Of a stretch of DNA of 64,000 nucleotides, positions 19,231 through 28,885 are shown in pieces (the stretch's first letter is position 1; every line of letters begins with the position of its first letter). Source of the stretch: an archaeon (lineage in GTDB: Archaea; Nanobdellota; Nanobdellia; Pacearchaeales; GW2011-AR1); the NCBI GenBank assembly GCA_024278335.1, contig JAJRTJ010000001.1, positions 94,020 to 158,019 of the forward strand, in the 5' to 3' direction. Made by a program: the position numbers and the translations under genes. Below the pieces are notes generated by a model. It was not told the origin of the DNA. It searched no databases and saw nothing but the letters and a program-made list of their open reading frames with translations.

Positions 19231-19938
19231 ATGGCTGATAAGAAAAAAGAGTTGATTGTTTTGGAAAATATTTCTAAAATTTATGATATGGGAGAGACAA
19301 AAGTTGTTGCTGTTGATGGACTGAGCTTAAAAGTTAACAAAGGCCAATTTGTTGCAATTATGGGGCCGTCTGGTTCTGGAAAATCTACAAGCATGAACAT
19401 GGTGGGAAGTCTTGATGTTCCAACAAAAGGAAGGATTTTATTAGGCGGAAAAGATATTTCTCATTTAAGTGAATCAGAACTTGCTCAGCTCAGAGGAAAA
19501 AAAATTGGATTTATTTTTCAAAGTTTTAATTTAATTCCAAATTTAACTGCAAAAGAAAATATTATGCTCCCAATGATGTTTCAGGGAATTTCTGCAGAAA
19601 AAAGGATTGCAAGAGCAGAAGAGCTTTTAGAAATGGTTGATTTAAAAGATAGAATGGACCATTATCCAAATCAGCTTTCAGGAGGACAACAGCAAAGAGT
19701 TGCAATTGCCAGAAGCCTGTCTAATGACCCAGATGTCATTTTAGCAGATGAACCAACTGGAAATCTTGATACAAAAACTGGAGAAATTGTTATGTCTTTT
19801 TTAGATAAGCTGAACAAACAAGGAAAAACAATTGTTATGGTTACGCATGACCCTGATTTAGCAAAAGAGCATGCAGATGTTGTTTATTGGTTAAGGGATG
19901 GAAAGTTAGAGAAAGTTACAAAAAAAAGGAGGAAATAA
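19231..19938 (+). CDS. ABC transporter ATP-binding protein (LolD/MacB-type)
   Basis: GPSGSGKST, LSGGQQQRVAIAR, ADEPTGNLD, VTHD. Confidence 0.95.
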   Translation: MADKKKELIVLENISKIYDMGETKVVAVDGLSLKVNKGQFVAIMGPSGSGKSTSMNMVGSLDVPTKGRILLGGKDISHLSESELAQLRGKKIGFIFQSFNLIPNLTAKENIMLPMMFQGISAEKRIARAEELLEMVDLKDRMDHYPNQLSGGQQQRVAIARSLSNDPDVILADEPTGNLDTKTGEIVMSFLDKLNKQGKTIVMVTHDPDLAKEHADVVYWLRDGKLEKVTKKRRK

Positions 19939-21156
19939 ATGCTCTATGATTATTTTCTCTTGGCATTTAGAAATCTTAAAAAAAGAGGTTTAAGAAGTTG
20001 GTTGACTTTATTAGGAATTGTAATTGGTGTGACTGCAGTAGTTTCATTAATCTCTCTGGGAACAGGCTTGCAAATTGCAATTACTTCTCAATTTGGAATT
20101 AGCTCAACAGAAGTTATCACAGTGCAGGCAGGAGGAATAAATTTTGCAGGACCTCCTGGTTCAGCTGTTTCAAAACCCCTCACAATTGATGATGTAAAGG
20201 CAATAGAGAGACTTGGAACAGTAAAAAGAGCAATCCGCAGAAACATTCCTACTGGAAAAATAGAATTTAATAACAAAGTTATTTTTGGATTTGTTGCAAA
20301 CATTCCTCCAGGAGAAGAAGGAGAAATTGTTTATGATATTTTTCAGCTAAAAACCTTAAAAGGAAGGCTCTTGGGAGACAGAGACAAAAAAAATATCGTT
20401 GTAGGGTATAATTTTTATGCGAATAAAGTTGGCTTTGACAAAAAAGTTGAAGTAGGAGATAAAATTTTAATTCAAGATAAAAATTTCAAGGTGATTGGAA
20501 TTATGAAGAAAAAGGGAAGTTTTATTTTTGATAATATTGTTTTCATGAATTCTGAATCTCTTGAAGAATTAATGGGATATGGAGACGAAGTTGGATTAAT
20601 CGCAGTTATTGTAAAAGATAAAAGTTTGATGGAAAAAGCAAAAAAAGAAATTGAAGATTTATTGAGAAAGAGAAGAAAAGTCAAAAAAGGAGAGGAGGAT
20701 TTTGAAGTTTCAACTCCTGAAGCAGCGCTGGACACAGTTAATGACATTCTTAGAGGCGTTCAGATTTTCGTTGCAATTATTGCATTTATTTCAGTTTTTG
20801 TAGGAGCAATTGGAATCACAAACACAATGACTGCGTCAGTTTTAGAAAGAAAAAAAGAAATAGGAATTATGAAAGCAGTTGGGGCAAAAAACAGCCAAAT
20901 CTTTTCTCAATTTTTAATTGAATCTGGATTTTTAGGATTAGTCGGAGGAATTATTGGAGCAATATTTGGAACATTAATTGGAATTTTTGGAACTCATGCC
21001 ATTAATAATCTTGTAGGGGCTACAGCCAATATAGAAATCAATTTTGCTCTTATTTTTGCTGCTTTAACAGGAAGTTTTTTAATCGGAGCAGTTGCAGGAA
21101 TCATCCCTGCAATGAATGCAGCAAAACAAAATCCCGTGGAGGCATTAAGAGAATGA
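19939..21156 (+). CDS. ABC transporter permease (MacB/FtsX-type)
   Basis: RSWLTLLGIVIGV, periplasmic-type domain, ITNTMTASVLERKKEIGIMKAVGA. Confidence 0.92.
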   Translation: MLYDYFLLAFRNLKKRGLRSWLTLLGIVIGVTAVVSLISLGTGLQIAITSQFGISSTEVITVQAGGINFAGPPGSAVSKPLTIDDVKAIERLGTVKRAIRRNIPTGKIEFNNKVIFGFVANIPPGEEGEIVYDIFQLKTLKGRLLGDRDKKNIVVGYNFYANKVGFDKKVEVGDKILIQDKNFKVIGIMKKKGSFIFDNIVFMNSESLEELMGYGDEVGLIAVIVKDKSLMEKAKKEIEDLLRKRRKVKKGEEDFEVSTPEAALDTVNDILRGVQIFVAIIAFISVFVGAIGITNTMTASVLERKKEIGIMKAVGAKNSQIFSQFLIESGFLGLVGGIIGAIFGTLIGIFGTHAINNLVGATANIEINFALIFAALTGSFLIGAVAGIIPAMNAAKQNPVEALRE

Positions 21157-22358
21157 TAAGCACAGAAACACTAAAATACTCTTTGAAAAACCTTGTTCAT
21201 AGAAAAGCAAGAAGCTCTTTAACAATCTTATCTATTTTTATAGGAATTGTAACTATTTTTATTTTTGTTAGTTTTGGAATCGGGCTTTTTAATTTTGTAA
21301 ACAACTTTGCATCAGAAACTTCTGCGGATAAAATCATCATTCAAGCTAAAGGAGGAGGAATGCCTGGATTAGACGACACTTTTGCTCTGACAGAAGAAGA
21401 ATTAAAAATCATTCAAGATACTCCCGGAGTTATTGAAGCCACAGGCGTTAAATTCAAGACAGCAGAAATTAAAAAAGGCAATAAAAATTTCTTCTCCTTT
21501 GTAATCTCTTATGACCCTGAAAAACCCTTGATTTTAGAGTTATCTGATATTGATATTATAGAAGGAAGAGGATTAAGAAAAAAAGACCTTGGAAAAGTAG
21601 TTGCAGGATATAATTACATGCTTGATGATAAAATCTTTTCAAAAGCCTTGAAAGTAAATGACAAAATTGAAGTGCAGGGGCAGAAATTAAAAATAATAGG
21701 GTTTTTTGATAAAGTAGGCAATCCTCAGGATGATTCTCAGCTTTATGTAACAGAAGAGCAGTTGGACTTGCTTTACCCAGGAAATAATTCTTTTGGATGG
21801 ATAGTTGCAAGAATTGATTTAAAAAAAATAAACACTACAATTGAAAAAATAGAAGAAAATCTAAGAGAACACAGGAATTTGGAAAAAGGAAAAGAAGATT
21901 TTTTTGTCCAATCTTTTGAAGATTTAATTGCAAGTTTTAGCAGTGCTCTGAACATTGTGGTGTTTTTTGTAGTTTTAATTGCACTCATCTCTGTAATTGT
22001 TTCTGCAATTAATACTGCAAATACAATGATTACTTCTGTTTTAGAGAGATATAAAGAAATTGGGATTATGAAGGCAGTTGGCTCTTCAAACTTGGTCATT
22101 TTTAATATATTCTTGCTTGAATCTTCAATTCTTGGGTTTATTGCAGGAGTGCTTGGGGTTTTAGTTGGATGGGCGCTAAGTGCTTTTGCTGGAAATGTTT
22201 TAAACAACCTTGGATGGGGGTTTTTAAGCCCTGCTTTTCCTGCTTCTCTGTTTATCGGATGTATTTTATTTGCAACTATAACTGGAGCTGTTTCTGGAGC
22301 AATTCCTGCATGGCAGGCATCAAAAACAAATATTGTTGATGCGCTTAGATATGAATGA
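21153..22358 (+). CDS. ABC transporter permease (MacB/FtsX-type), second paralog
   Basis: RSSLTILSIFIGI, NTMITSVLERYKEIGIMKAVG, ALRYE end. Confidence 0.92.
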   Translation: MISTETLKYSLKNLVHRKARSSLTILSIFIGIVTIFIFVSFGIGLFNFVNNFASETSADKIIIQAKGGGMPGLDDTFALTEEELKIIQDTPGVIEATGVKFKTAEIKKGNKNFFSFVISYDPEKPLILELSDIDIIEGRGLRKKDLGKVVAGYNYMLDDKIFSKALKVNDKIEVQGQKLKIIGFFDKVGNPQDDSQLYVTEEQLDLLYPGNNSFGWIVARIDLKKINTTIEKIEENLREHRNLEKGKEDFFVQSFEDLIASFSSALNIVVFFVVLIALISVIVSAINTANTMITSVLERYKEIGIMKAVGSSNLVIFNIFLLESSILGFIAGVLGVLVGWALSAFAGNVLNNLGWGFLSPAFPASLFIGCILFATITGAVSGAIPAWQASKTNIVDALRYE

Positions 22359-22435
22359 TTTTAAATATTTAGCTTTTTTAATTAAAGACATACTTGTTCT
22401 TGCGTAATAAAAAATTTGAGAGAGCGAAAGCGAAC

Positions 22436-22492
22436 CTCTTAACCTTTGTTAGACGAAATTTTAATTTCGTGAGTTCTTTGGTCGGTTAAGAG
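22436..22492. repeat. Structured motif copy 1: stem-TTTGTTAG-hairpin-GAGTTCTTT-stem
   Basis: CTCTTAACC/GGTTAAGAG outer stem and ACGAAAT/ATTTCGT inner stem. Same layout as 23332-23400. Confidence 0.65.
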
Positions 22493-22946
22493 AAGTTTTT
22501 CTGCGAGGCGAAGCCGAGACTATCTGTGCGAAGCACTAAGGCGGCTCACCTTTTTTACAACAATTTCTACAATTTAGGGGCGGGTGGTCGGGGGTTTTAA
22601 AGTGTTCTCTCCCAACTTTTAACTCAACAATTTAGAGAATTTGCAATTACGCCTAACATATGCGATTAAGAGAAGTAACAATCCCTCCAAAATTTATCCT
22701 CTGGAATGAAATGACGAGCTGAGAAATTTTTGAGAGCTGGATTGACATTTGGGTTAATTTCTGGTTTTCAAAAAGAAAATTTGCAAAGCAAAAAGAAATT
22801 TTCCGCTTAATCTGCTGTTGCTTGACCTGAAGCGAAGCGAAAGGCTCGGGCTGGCACCCAAAGTGCCCCCGAGAGTTGAGATTTCGTTCTCAGCCGATTT
22901 CGTAGCGTAGTTGCTAAAAAAAATAGAAAAAGGAAGAACCGAAATA

Positions 22947-22954
22947 TTTAAATA
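22947..22954 (+). promoter_or_regulatory. Archaeal TATA box (TTTAAATA) with upstream BRE-like CGAAA
   Basis: Lies 22 nt before the ATG at 22976, consistent with a leaderless transcript. Confidence 0.55.
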
Positions 22955-22975
22955 CTACTAAGTAATGACAATAAT

Positions 22976-23302
22976 ATGATAAAAATAGATTTTGATGAAT
23001 TAGCAAAAAGATTAAGTCACGACTTAGAATTTACTTTAGATGCGAAAGGACCTATGACTAATTTAATCTTGCCCGCTGAAGAAGAAGCAAAAAGATGGCA
23101 ACAGTGGAGAGATAGAAGAATGACTGCCATCAACGAAGCAGAAGCAAGATATCAGGCAAGATTAAAAAATGCTTACAAAGCTGAGGAAATAGACGGAATG
23201 GAATTAGCAAAGCATTCAACCAGCGGAATTTTTAGTCCTTTCGAAAGAATGAGGCAAAGAACAAGACAGACTTATGCCGAAAATGCAAAATCTGTTTTTT
23301 GA
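22976..23302 (+). CDS. Orphan hypothetical protein flanked by structured repeats
   Basis: 108-aa ORF with its own TATA box. Helical and charged. Confidence 0.6.
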   Translation: MIKIDFDELAKRLSHDLEFTLDAKGPMTNLILPAEEEAKRWQQWRDRRMTAINEAEARYQARLKNAYKAEEIDGMELAKHSTSGIFSPFERMRQRTRQTYAENAKSVF

Positions 23303-23331
23303 GGTTCTTCACAAAATAATCCTTCAGCAAT

Positions 23332-23400
23332 TTCGTTAAAATTTTGTTAGGCAAAGTTGCGTAGCAATTTTGAAAGCGAGTTCTTTATGATTTTAACGAA
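23332..23400. repeat. Structured motif copy 2: stem-TTTGTTAG-hairpin-GAGTTCTTT-stem
   Basis: TTCGTTAAAAT/ATTTTAACGAA outer stem and AAAGTTGC-GTA-GCAATTTT inner hairpin. Confidence 0.65.
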
Positions 23401-23639
23401 GCAAGAAATCAAAGGGCTGAGAATTACTTGCAACCTAAAGGGCAGGGAGCGGGGACAGAAAACGCAAGGTAAGAAATTGAGGGGAAGGCAAGTAACCCGG
23501 AGGGCGAAATCTCAATTTGGGCGAAGCCAAGCAACACCTTTTAATCTCAATTTCTTTTTCATAATAATTAATTAGTAAAAATAAAACTATCGAAATATAT
23601 AATAAGAATTCTTAAAAACGATAAAAAAATTTAATTTCA

Positions 23640-23852
23640 ATGAATTTTTGCGAAAAAGCTGTTCAAAAAAGAAAAGCTTCCTTAGAGGCTCTTGCAAAAG
23701 AGTTAGCTCCTGAACAAGCGATGAGATTATATGGAGAAGCTGAAGCTTTTTATATTATAGGGAAAATGGATGGAGAAAATGGATTTTCTGAAGAAAACTG
23801 GGGAGAATATCTTGCTGAAAAACAAAGGCAGATTCAAAAAAGAATAGATTAA
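23640..23852 (+). CDS. Small hypothetical protein
   Basis: 70-aa ORF with a TATA-like AT run upstream. Confidence 0.5.
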   Translation: MNFCEKAVQKRKASLEALAKELAPEQAMRLYGEAEAFYIIGKMDGENGFSEENWGEYLAEKQRQIQKRID

Positions 23853-23855
23853 AAA

Positions 23856-24686
23856 TTATTTCTTATGTTTTCTTTTCTTTTTCCAATAAACAAGTCCAAT
23901 AATAATCAAAACCGAAAGAATCCACTTCCAAAGAGAACTGCCTTCAGAATCTTCTAATTTAAAATTATCTCTTTCAAAAGCAACAGTTGTTGAAACCTCT
24001 CTTCTTTGATTATTTATGTCTGAATAAATTAAATTTACTTTTATTTCAGAAAGTGTTGTAAACAGCTTAAAATCAGCAGAAGTGTCTTCATTTGAATCTA
24101 AATCACCGACAATATTTTTGTTTGCACCCTTTATTTCAATACCTTCTTGCTTTGGTATTTCAATTGTTAAAGCCTCTATTTCTTCTTTTCCTGTATTTAA
24201 AATATTGAATGTTATTTCCCCTGTAGAAGGATTGTAATCTTTTACAAAGATTTCAAAACTTGCCCTTACATCCTGAACTTCAATATTAAAAGATTTTGTC
24301 TGCTGGCTTGGATTAATTACTCCATAGCTATATTTAATTTCAATTGGATTTTCTCCATCTAATGCATTTTTATCCACTCTTACTTTGAATGGAGCAAGAA
24401 ATGTGCTGCTGAAATCTTTTGAAAATGTGCCAGACTTTATTTGATAAAATTTCTCAGAACCAGGGTCAAGAGTAAATGGATATTGCTCCAACAACTCCAC
24501 TTTTAAATTTGAACAGGAAGTTGATTCAATTCCTTTTATCTGAAAAACTAATTTTACTAAATCCCCCTGAACTGCAGGATAAGGCTCTTGATTTAAAAGC
24601 TCCACATCAACATCACATACTTCCTGTGCTGCAACAAAATTAATTAAAAGAACTAATGCTATTAATATTGCTAACCCCTCTTTCAT
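23856..24686 (-). CDS. COG1361-like S-layer/surface protein (signal peptide, Ig-like domains, C-terminal TM anchor)
   Basis: Signal peptide, LLNQEPYPA..G..VKL, ..IVGDLDSNED.SADF, C-terminal TM helix plus basic tail. This family is typically linked to MacB-type ABC systems. Confidence 0.75.
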   Translation of the reverse strand: MKEGLAILIALVLLINFVAAQEVCDVDVELLNQEPYPAVQGDLVKLVFQIKGIESTSCSNLKVELLEQYPFTLDPGSEKFYQIKSGTFSKDFSSTFLAPFKVRVDKNALDGENPIEIKYSYGVINPSQQTKSFNIEVQDVRASFEIFVKDYNPSTGEITFNILNTGKEEIEALTIEIPKQEGIEIKGANKNIVGDLDSNEDTSADFKLFTTLSEIKVNLIYSDINNQRREVSTTVAFERDNFKLEDSEGSSLWKWILSVLIIIGLVYWKKKRKHKK

Positions 24687-24723
24687 AGAGGAAAAATAGT
24701 TTTTCAGTTTATATAGTTTTTGA

Positions 24724-25749
24724 TTAAGAAATTTTCTTTAATAATTTTTTGAGGTATTTCTCCCAAGAGTATTTTTTTGCTTCTTTAATTGAAGCCAGCC
24801 CCATTTTTTCTCTTAGTTCTTTGTCTTCCAAAAGAAGGTTTATTTTTTCAGCCATTTCTTTTTTGTCTTTAACTAAAAATCCGGTTTTATCATTAATAAT
24901 GATTTCATCTGAAGCAGTAATTATATTTTTTCCATCTGGCTTAAATGCTATGCAGGGCAGTCCAGAAGCCATAGCTTCTAAAAGAACCAGCCCAAAAGCC
25001 TCATATCTTGAAGGAAGAACATAAATTTTTGATTTTTCATAATACTCTTTAGAAGGCTGTCTTCCCAATAAATTGACTTTTAATTTTTTATTCTCAATTA
25101 TTTTTAAATATTCTTCTTTTAACTTCCCGTCTCCTAAAACAAAAAAACCAGCATTTGAAATCTCTGCTATTTGTAAAAGCAAATCTATCCCTTTCCTCTG
25201 ATCATTTAAATTTGCCACAGTAAGCACATCAAAATCTTTTTCTTTTCCCGGCTTGAATTTTTTAAGGTCCACCCCATGAGGAAGAACTATTCCTTTTGTG
25301 ATTCCATATTCTTCTTTTGCTTGTTTTTTTAAAATTTCGCTTGGATATATTATTTGAAAACATTTTTTCATTCCTTCTTTTTCTTTTTTCACCGCATCAT
25401 TTTTTGAAATTTTTTTAAGGCCCATTGATTTCAAGCTTGTAGCTCTTATAGATGGGGCAATGTAAACAACTTTTCTTTGATATTTTGTCGCAGCTTCAAG
25501 AAAAACATACCATCTTGCAATAACTATATCAAACTTTTTTGAATTAAAAAAATTGTCCAATCCCTGCTTACTTAACCTATTTATTGGAATTCCATTGAGG
25601 GTTTCTTTTGTTTTTTGATTGGGATAAAGAAGGGAGAGTATTTCTATTTCATGTTCTTTTTTTAGAACTTTTGAAAGATTTTCACAATATTGGGCAATCC
25701 CTCCCAATCCAGGATAAATGTCCGAGCATAGAAGTATTTTCATATTCAA
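24724..25749 (-). CDS. Glycosyltransferase family 4 (GT-B)
   Basis: HGVD, KGID, LPSRYEAFGLVLLEAMASGLP. Confidence 0.92.
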   Translation of the reverse strand: MNMKILLCSDIYPGLGGIAQYCENLSKVLKKEHEIEILSLLYPNQKTKETLNGIPINRLSKQGLDNFFNSKKFDIVIARWYVFLEAATKYQRKVVYIAPSIRATSLKSMGLKKISKNDAVKKEKEGMKKCFQIIYPSEILKKQAKEEYGITKGIVLPHGVDLKKFKPGKEKDFDVLTVANLNDQRKGIDLLLQIAEISNAGFFVLGDGKLKEEYLKIIENKKLKVNLLGRQPSKEYYEKSKIYVLPSRYEAFGLVLLEAMASGLPCIAFKPDGKNIITASDEIIINDKTGFLVKDKKEMAEKINLLLEDKELREKMGLASIKEAKKYSWEKYLKKLLKKIS

Positions 25750-25757
25750 AAACCGCC

Positions 25758-26357
25758 TTAATTATCTGAGTTTTTGCTCAAAACTTCTTTTTTTTGTTTG
25801 TTTTGAGTTAAGATTAAAAGAAGACCCAATGTAGCAGTAATTATTAGAATTATTGTGTTCATTACTTTTTCATCTAAAATAATTAAAGCAAGCCTTAATG
25901 AGTAAATTCCAAAAATATACAAAACAAAATAATAAACAATTTTAGAAAAAATCTCCCAATCATTTACTTTTGAATCTTTGATTACTTCCTTAAGATAAAC
26001 TGCAATAGCAAAGCCAAAAGTCAAAACAAGAAGCGCTCCTGTAAATGCAGGTATAATCAACAATGCTCCTTCTGTAATGTAATTTAAAATAGAAATTTCA
26101 AGCTGTTTTATTGCAAAATTTATAAAAATTATATAAATTGACCAGCGGATAATCACCAAAAACAAATCAATAAAACTTGGGCGGACATATTTTTTAAGCT
26201 CTAATTTTTCAGCAATTTTCTGAAAAAGCCTTCCAATGAGCCTACCTAAAACAATCCCCAGAAAAAGAATTATTAGTGAAAATACCAAATTTGAAAAAAA
26301 GGTTTTAATAATAGGTTGAGTGAAATTAATACTCAAAAGGTTTTTTAATTCTGCCAT
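25758..26357 (-). CDS. Membrane protein with MscS-associated 'conserved TM helix' repeats (CmpX-like)
   Basis: Repeated LIILFLGIVLG / LIIPAFTGALLVL..G pattern. No cytoplasmic MscS domain. Confidence 0.6.
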   Translation of the reverse strand: MAELKNLLSINFTQPIIKTFFSNLVFSLIILFLGIVLGRLIGRLFQKIAEKLELKKYVRPSFIDLFLVIIRWSIYIIFINFAIKQLEISILNYITEGALLIIPAFTGALLVLTFGFAIAVYLKEVIKDSKVNDWEIFSKIVYYFVLYIFGIYSLRLALIILDEKVMNTIILIITATLGLLLILTQNKQKKEVLSKNSDN

Positions 26358-26391
26358 CTCAAATTATAAAAAAAGATTTAGTTTTTAAAGC

Positions 26392-27624
26392 TTAGGTTTT
26401 TAATTTTCTGGATAATTTTTTTGATATCTCTTTGAATTTTTTAACTGAGAGTTTCTTCCAAGGATTTGTTCCTAAAAGACCTGTCTTTGTCTTATTTTTC
26501 TTTTTTGGGACAATATGAAAGTGAACATGCGGAATCCATTGCTCTGCAAGTTTTCCGTTATTTAAAATAATATTAGCTCCGCCATATTCTTTTCTAAGCA
26601 CCCCTGCAACTTTTGCACTAAATTCAATTAAGCTGGAAAGGATTTTAGCTGGAACATTCTCTATAAATTCGTAATGCTTTTTTGGAATTACAAGCAAATC
26701 TGATTCATCATTGTTTTTTGGAGGAGTTAAAAAACAAATAAGAGTCTTATCTTCATATAAAAATTCAACAGGATATTTTTTTTCTTTTCTTGCGGGATGA
26801 AATTTTATTTTTTTTTGAATGAATTTTTCAAATAAATCTCCCGATTTTTTAAAATAAGACAAATTTTTTATCTTTTCAAAGATTTTTTTCTTTGATTTTG
26901 CTTTTTGAATTGAATCTTTTGTTATTTGGTTTTCATGAATTCTGTATTTATAAAAATATTTGTTAATATGCTTGATTTTATATCCTGCTCCAATCATTTG
27001 ATACCAAAAATCATAATCTTGAATTGTTTTGAGAGATTCATCAAATTTTAAATTTTCAAAAACCTCCTTCCTGATCATTACAGAACATCCGGCAATTATT
27101 CCGGGATCTTCTTTGCCTGATGCAAAAACAGCATGTTTTTCATTCATTAATTTTTTTAGAGAAAATTCCGATGCTTTTCTGAGTTTTTCCCTCAAATCTT
27201 TGCTTTCAAGTATTTTTGTTTTTCCTTTGATCCCTTTTTCAGAAAAAACCACTGCCCCCCCATAAACCATATCCACATCAGGATGCTCTTCAAGAAACTT
27301 AACTTGAAAACCTGTTTTATCTGGAAAATAAATATCATCTGCATCTAAAAAAGAAACATATTTTCCCTTGGATTTTCTTATTCCAGTATTAAGAGCCCCC
27401 GAACGAAATTTTGATTCTTTATGATTAATTAATCGCACATTTTTGCTTTTCTTCATCAAATTCTCAATAATCTCTTTAGTTTTATCTGTTGAAGCATCAT
27501 TAACAACAATTATTTCTATATTTTTATAAGTTTGAGCCAGTGCCGAATTAATTGCCTGAAAAATATATTTTTCTCCGTTTTTAACTGGGATTATTATCGA
27601 CACCAGAGGATTATGTAAACCCAT
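26392..27624 (-). CDS. Glycosyltransferase family 2 fused to a C-terminal HIT hydrolase domain
   Basis: SIIIPVKNG, VVNDASTD, FLDADD, then LLVIPKKH...NNG...Q.IPHVHFHIVP. Confidence 0.85.
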   Translation of the reverse strand: MGLHNPLVSIIIPVKNGEKYIFQAINSALAQTYKNIEIIVVNDASTDKTKEIIENLMKKSKNVRLINHKESKFRSGALNTGIRKSKGKYVSFLDADDIYFPDKTGFQVKFLEEHPDVDMVYGGAVVFSEKGIKGKTKILESKDLREKLRKASEFSLKKLMNEKHAVFASGKEDPGIIAGCSVMIRKEVFENLKFDESLKTIQDYDFWYQMIGAGYKIKHINKYFYKYRIHENQITKDSIQKAKSKKKIFEKIKNLSYFKKSGDLFEKFIQKKIKFHPARKEKKYPVEFLYEDKTLICFLTPPKNNDESDLLVIPKKHYEFIENVPAKILSSLIEFSAKVAGVLRKEYGGANIILNNGKLAEQWIPHVHFHIVPKKKNKTKTGLLGTNPWKKLSVKKFKEISKKLSRKLKT

Positions 27625-28885
27625 ATTTATCTTCTCCTTTTTTCAAATCTTTGGTTATTTTTTTATAAACTATAAGTGTCATTTTAGTCATTTCTGACCA
27701 AGTAAACTTTTTTGTTTTTTCCAAAGCTCTCTTAGAATATTTTTCTCTTAATTTTGGACTTTTTGACAATTTTAATATTTCTTTTGCAAAATATTTGCTG
27801 TTAAATGGAACAAGAATTCCGGCATTCTGAACTAACTCCGGCATTCCCCCTCTTGTTGAGCAAATTACTGGCTTTCCTGTTGACATAGCCTCTAAAACAC
27901 ACAAAGGACAGGCCTCATATCTTGATGGCTGAATATAGATAGAAGACTCCTTGTAGATTTTTGCTAATTCTTCTCTTGAAATTTTTTCTCTATGCCAGAT
28001 AAATCTTTCTCCATATTTCTCTTGAAGCTGCAAAAACTGCTTTTGAATTTTTTGAAGCTGGGCAGGAATATTTTTATCAGAAGCAATTATTTCTAATTTT
28101 AATTCTTTATCTTTTTCCAATATTTCTTCAGCAATTTTTGTAATTAAATCAATCCCCTTCTCTAAACTAAACCTTCCAACATAAAGAACTTTTTTACCTT
28201 TAGGAGTGTTGTCTTTTTCATTAAAAAGAGTTCTATCAACCCCATTTGGGATACAATAAATCTTTTCTTTTTTAATTGGATAATTTTCAATAGCCTCCTG
28301 CTTAATTTGGTCTGATACAGAAATAATTGCATCTGCATGATTAATCGTCTGTTCAACCCATGAAGCCAAAGGAAAATATTTCTTACTCTCTTTGCTCATT
28401 TCCTTGATTCTGTTTTTTTCTAATGCATGGAGAGTATGAACCCATTTTATATTATTAAGGTATTTTGCAAGAAACGCCCCACCTGTAAGCCATCCATGAG
28501 TATGAATTATCTTAAAAGGAATTATTGAATTTTCTTTTGTTATTTCATTCAAAACCTTGTTGTCAAAAATAAAATGAGAAATCCTTAGTTTTACCATCTT
28601 ATCTGGAATTGAATTTGCGTCCTTTGTATCTATTTTATGAATTGTTATTTTCCCCTTATCAAAATAAACTTTCTCAATACCCTTTTTTTCCGCTTTTGTA
28701 AAAACATGAACATTGCATCCAAGCTTAGCCAGTTCTCTTGAAAGATAAAACGCATGAATAGCAACCCCATTATTCATCTTTTCTTTTTTTGTAGGATAAT
28801 AAAAAGAGACAATCCCGACTTTATATGGAGAAGTAAACAAAAACCTTGTATCTACTATTATTTTCCTAAATAAATTCTTTAGCAT
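27611..28885 (-). CDS. Glycosyltransferase family 4 (GT-B)
   Basis: IHTHGW, IPNGVD, VGRFSLEKG, PSRYEACPLCVLEAMSTGKPVI. Confidence 0.92.
   Translation of the reverse strand: MLKNLFRKIIVDTRFLFTSPYKVGIVSFYYPTKKEKMNNGVAIHAFYLSRELAKLGCNVHVFTKAEKKGIEKVYFDKGKITIHKIDTKDANSIPDKMVKLRISHFIFDNKVLNEITKENSIIPFKIIHTHGWLTGGAFLAKYLNNIKWVHTLHALEKNRIKEMSKESKKYFPLASWVEQTINHADAIISVSDQIKQEAIENYPIKKEKIYCIPNGVDRTLFNEKDNTPKGKKVLYVGRFSLEKGIDLITKIAEEILEKDKELKLEIIASDKNIPAQLQKIQKQFLQLQEKYGERFIWHREKISREELAKIYKESSIYIQPSRYEACPLCVLEAMSTGKPVICSTRGGMPELVQNAGILVPFNSKYFAKEILKLSKSPKLREKYSKRALEKTKKFTWSEMTKMTLIVYKKITKDLKKGEDKYGFT

Noticed and set aside
22359-23580. RNase P RNA, SRP RNA or CRISPR array in the long intergenic tracts
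   Set aside because: No GAGGAAAGUCC-type or SRP helix-8 signature on either strand, and no regularly spaced repeats.
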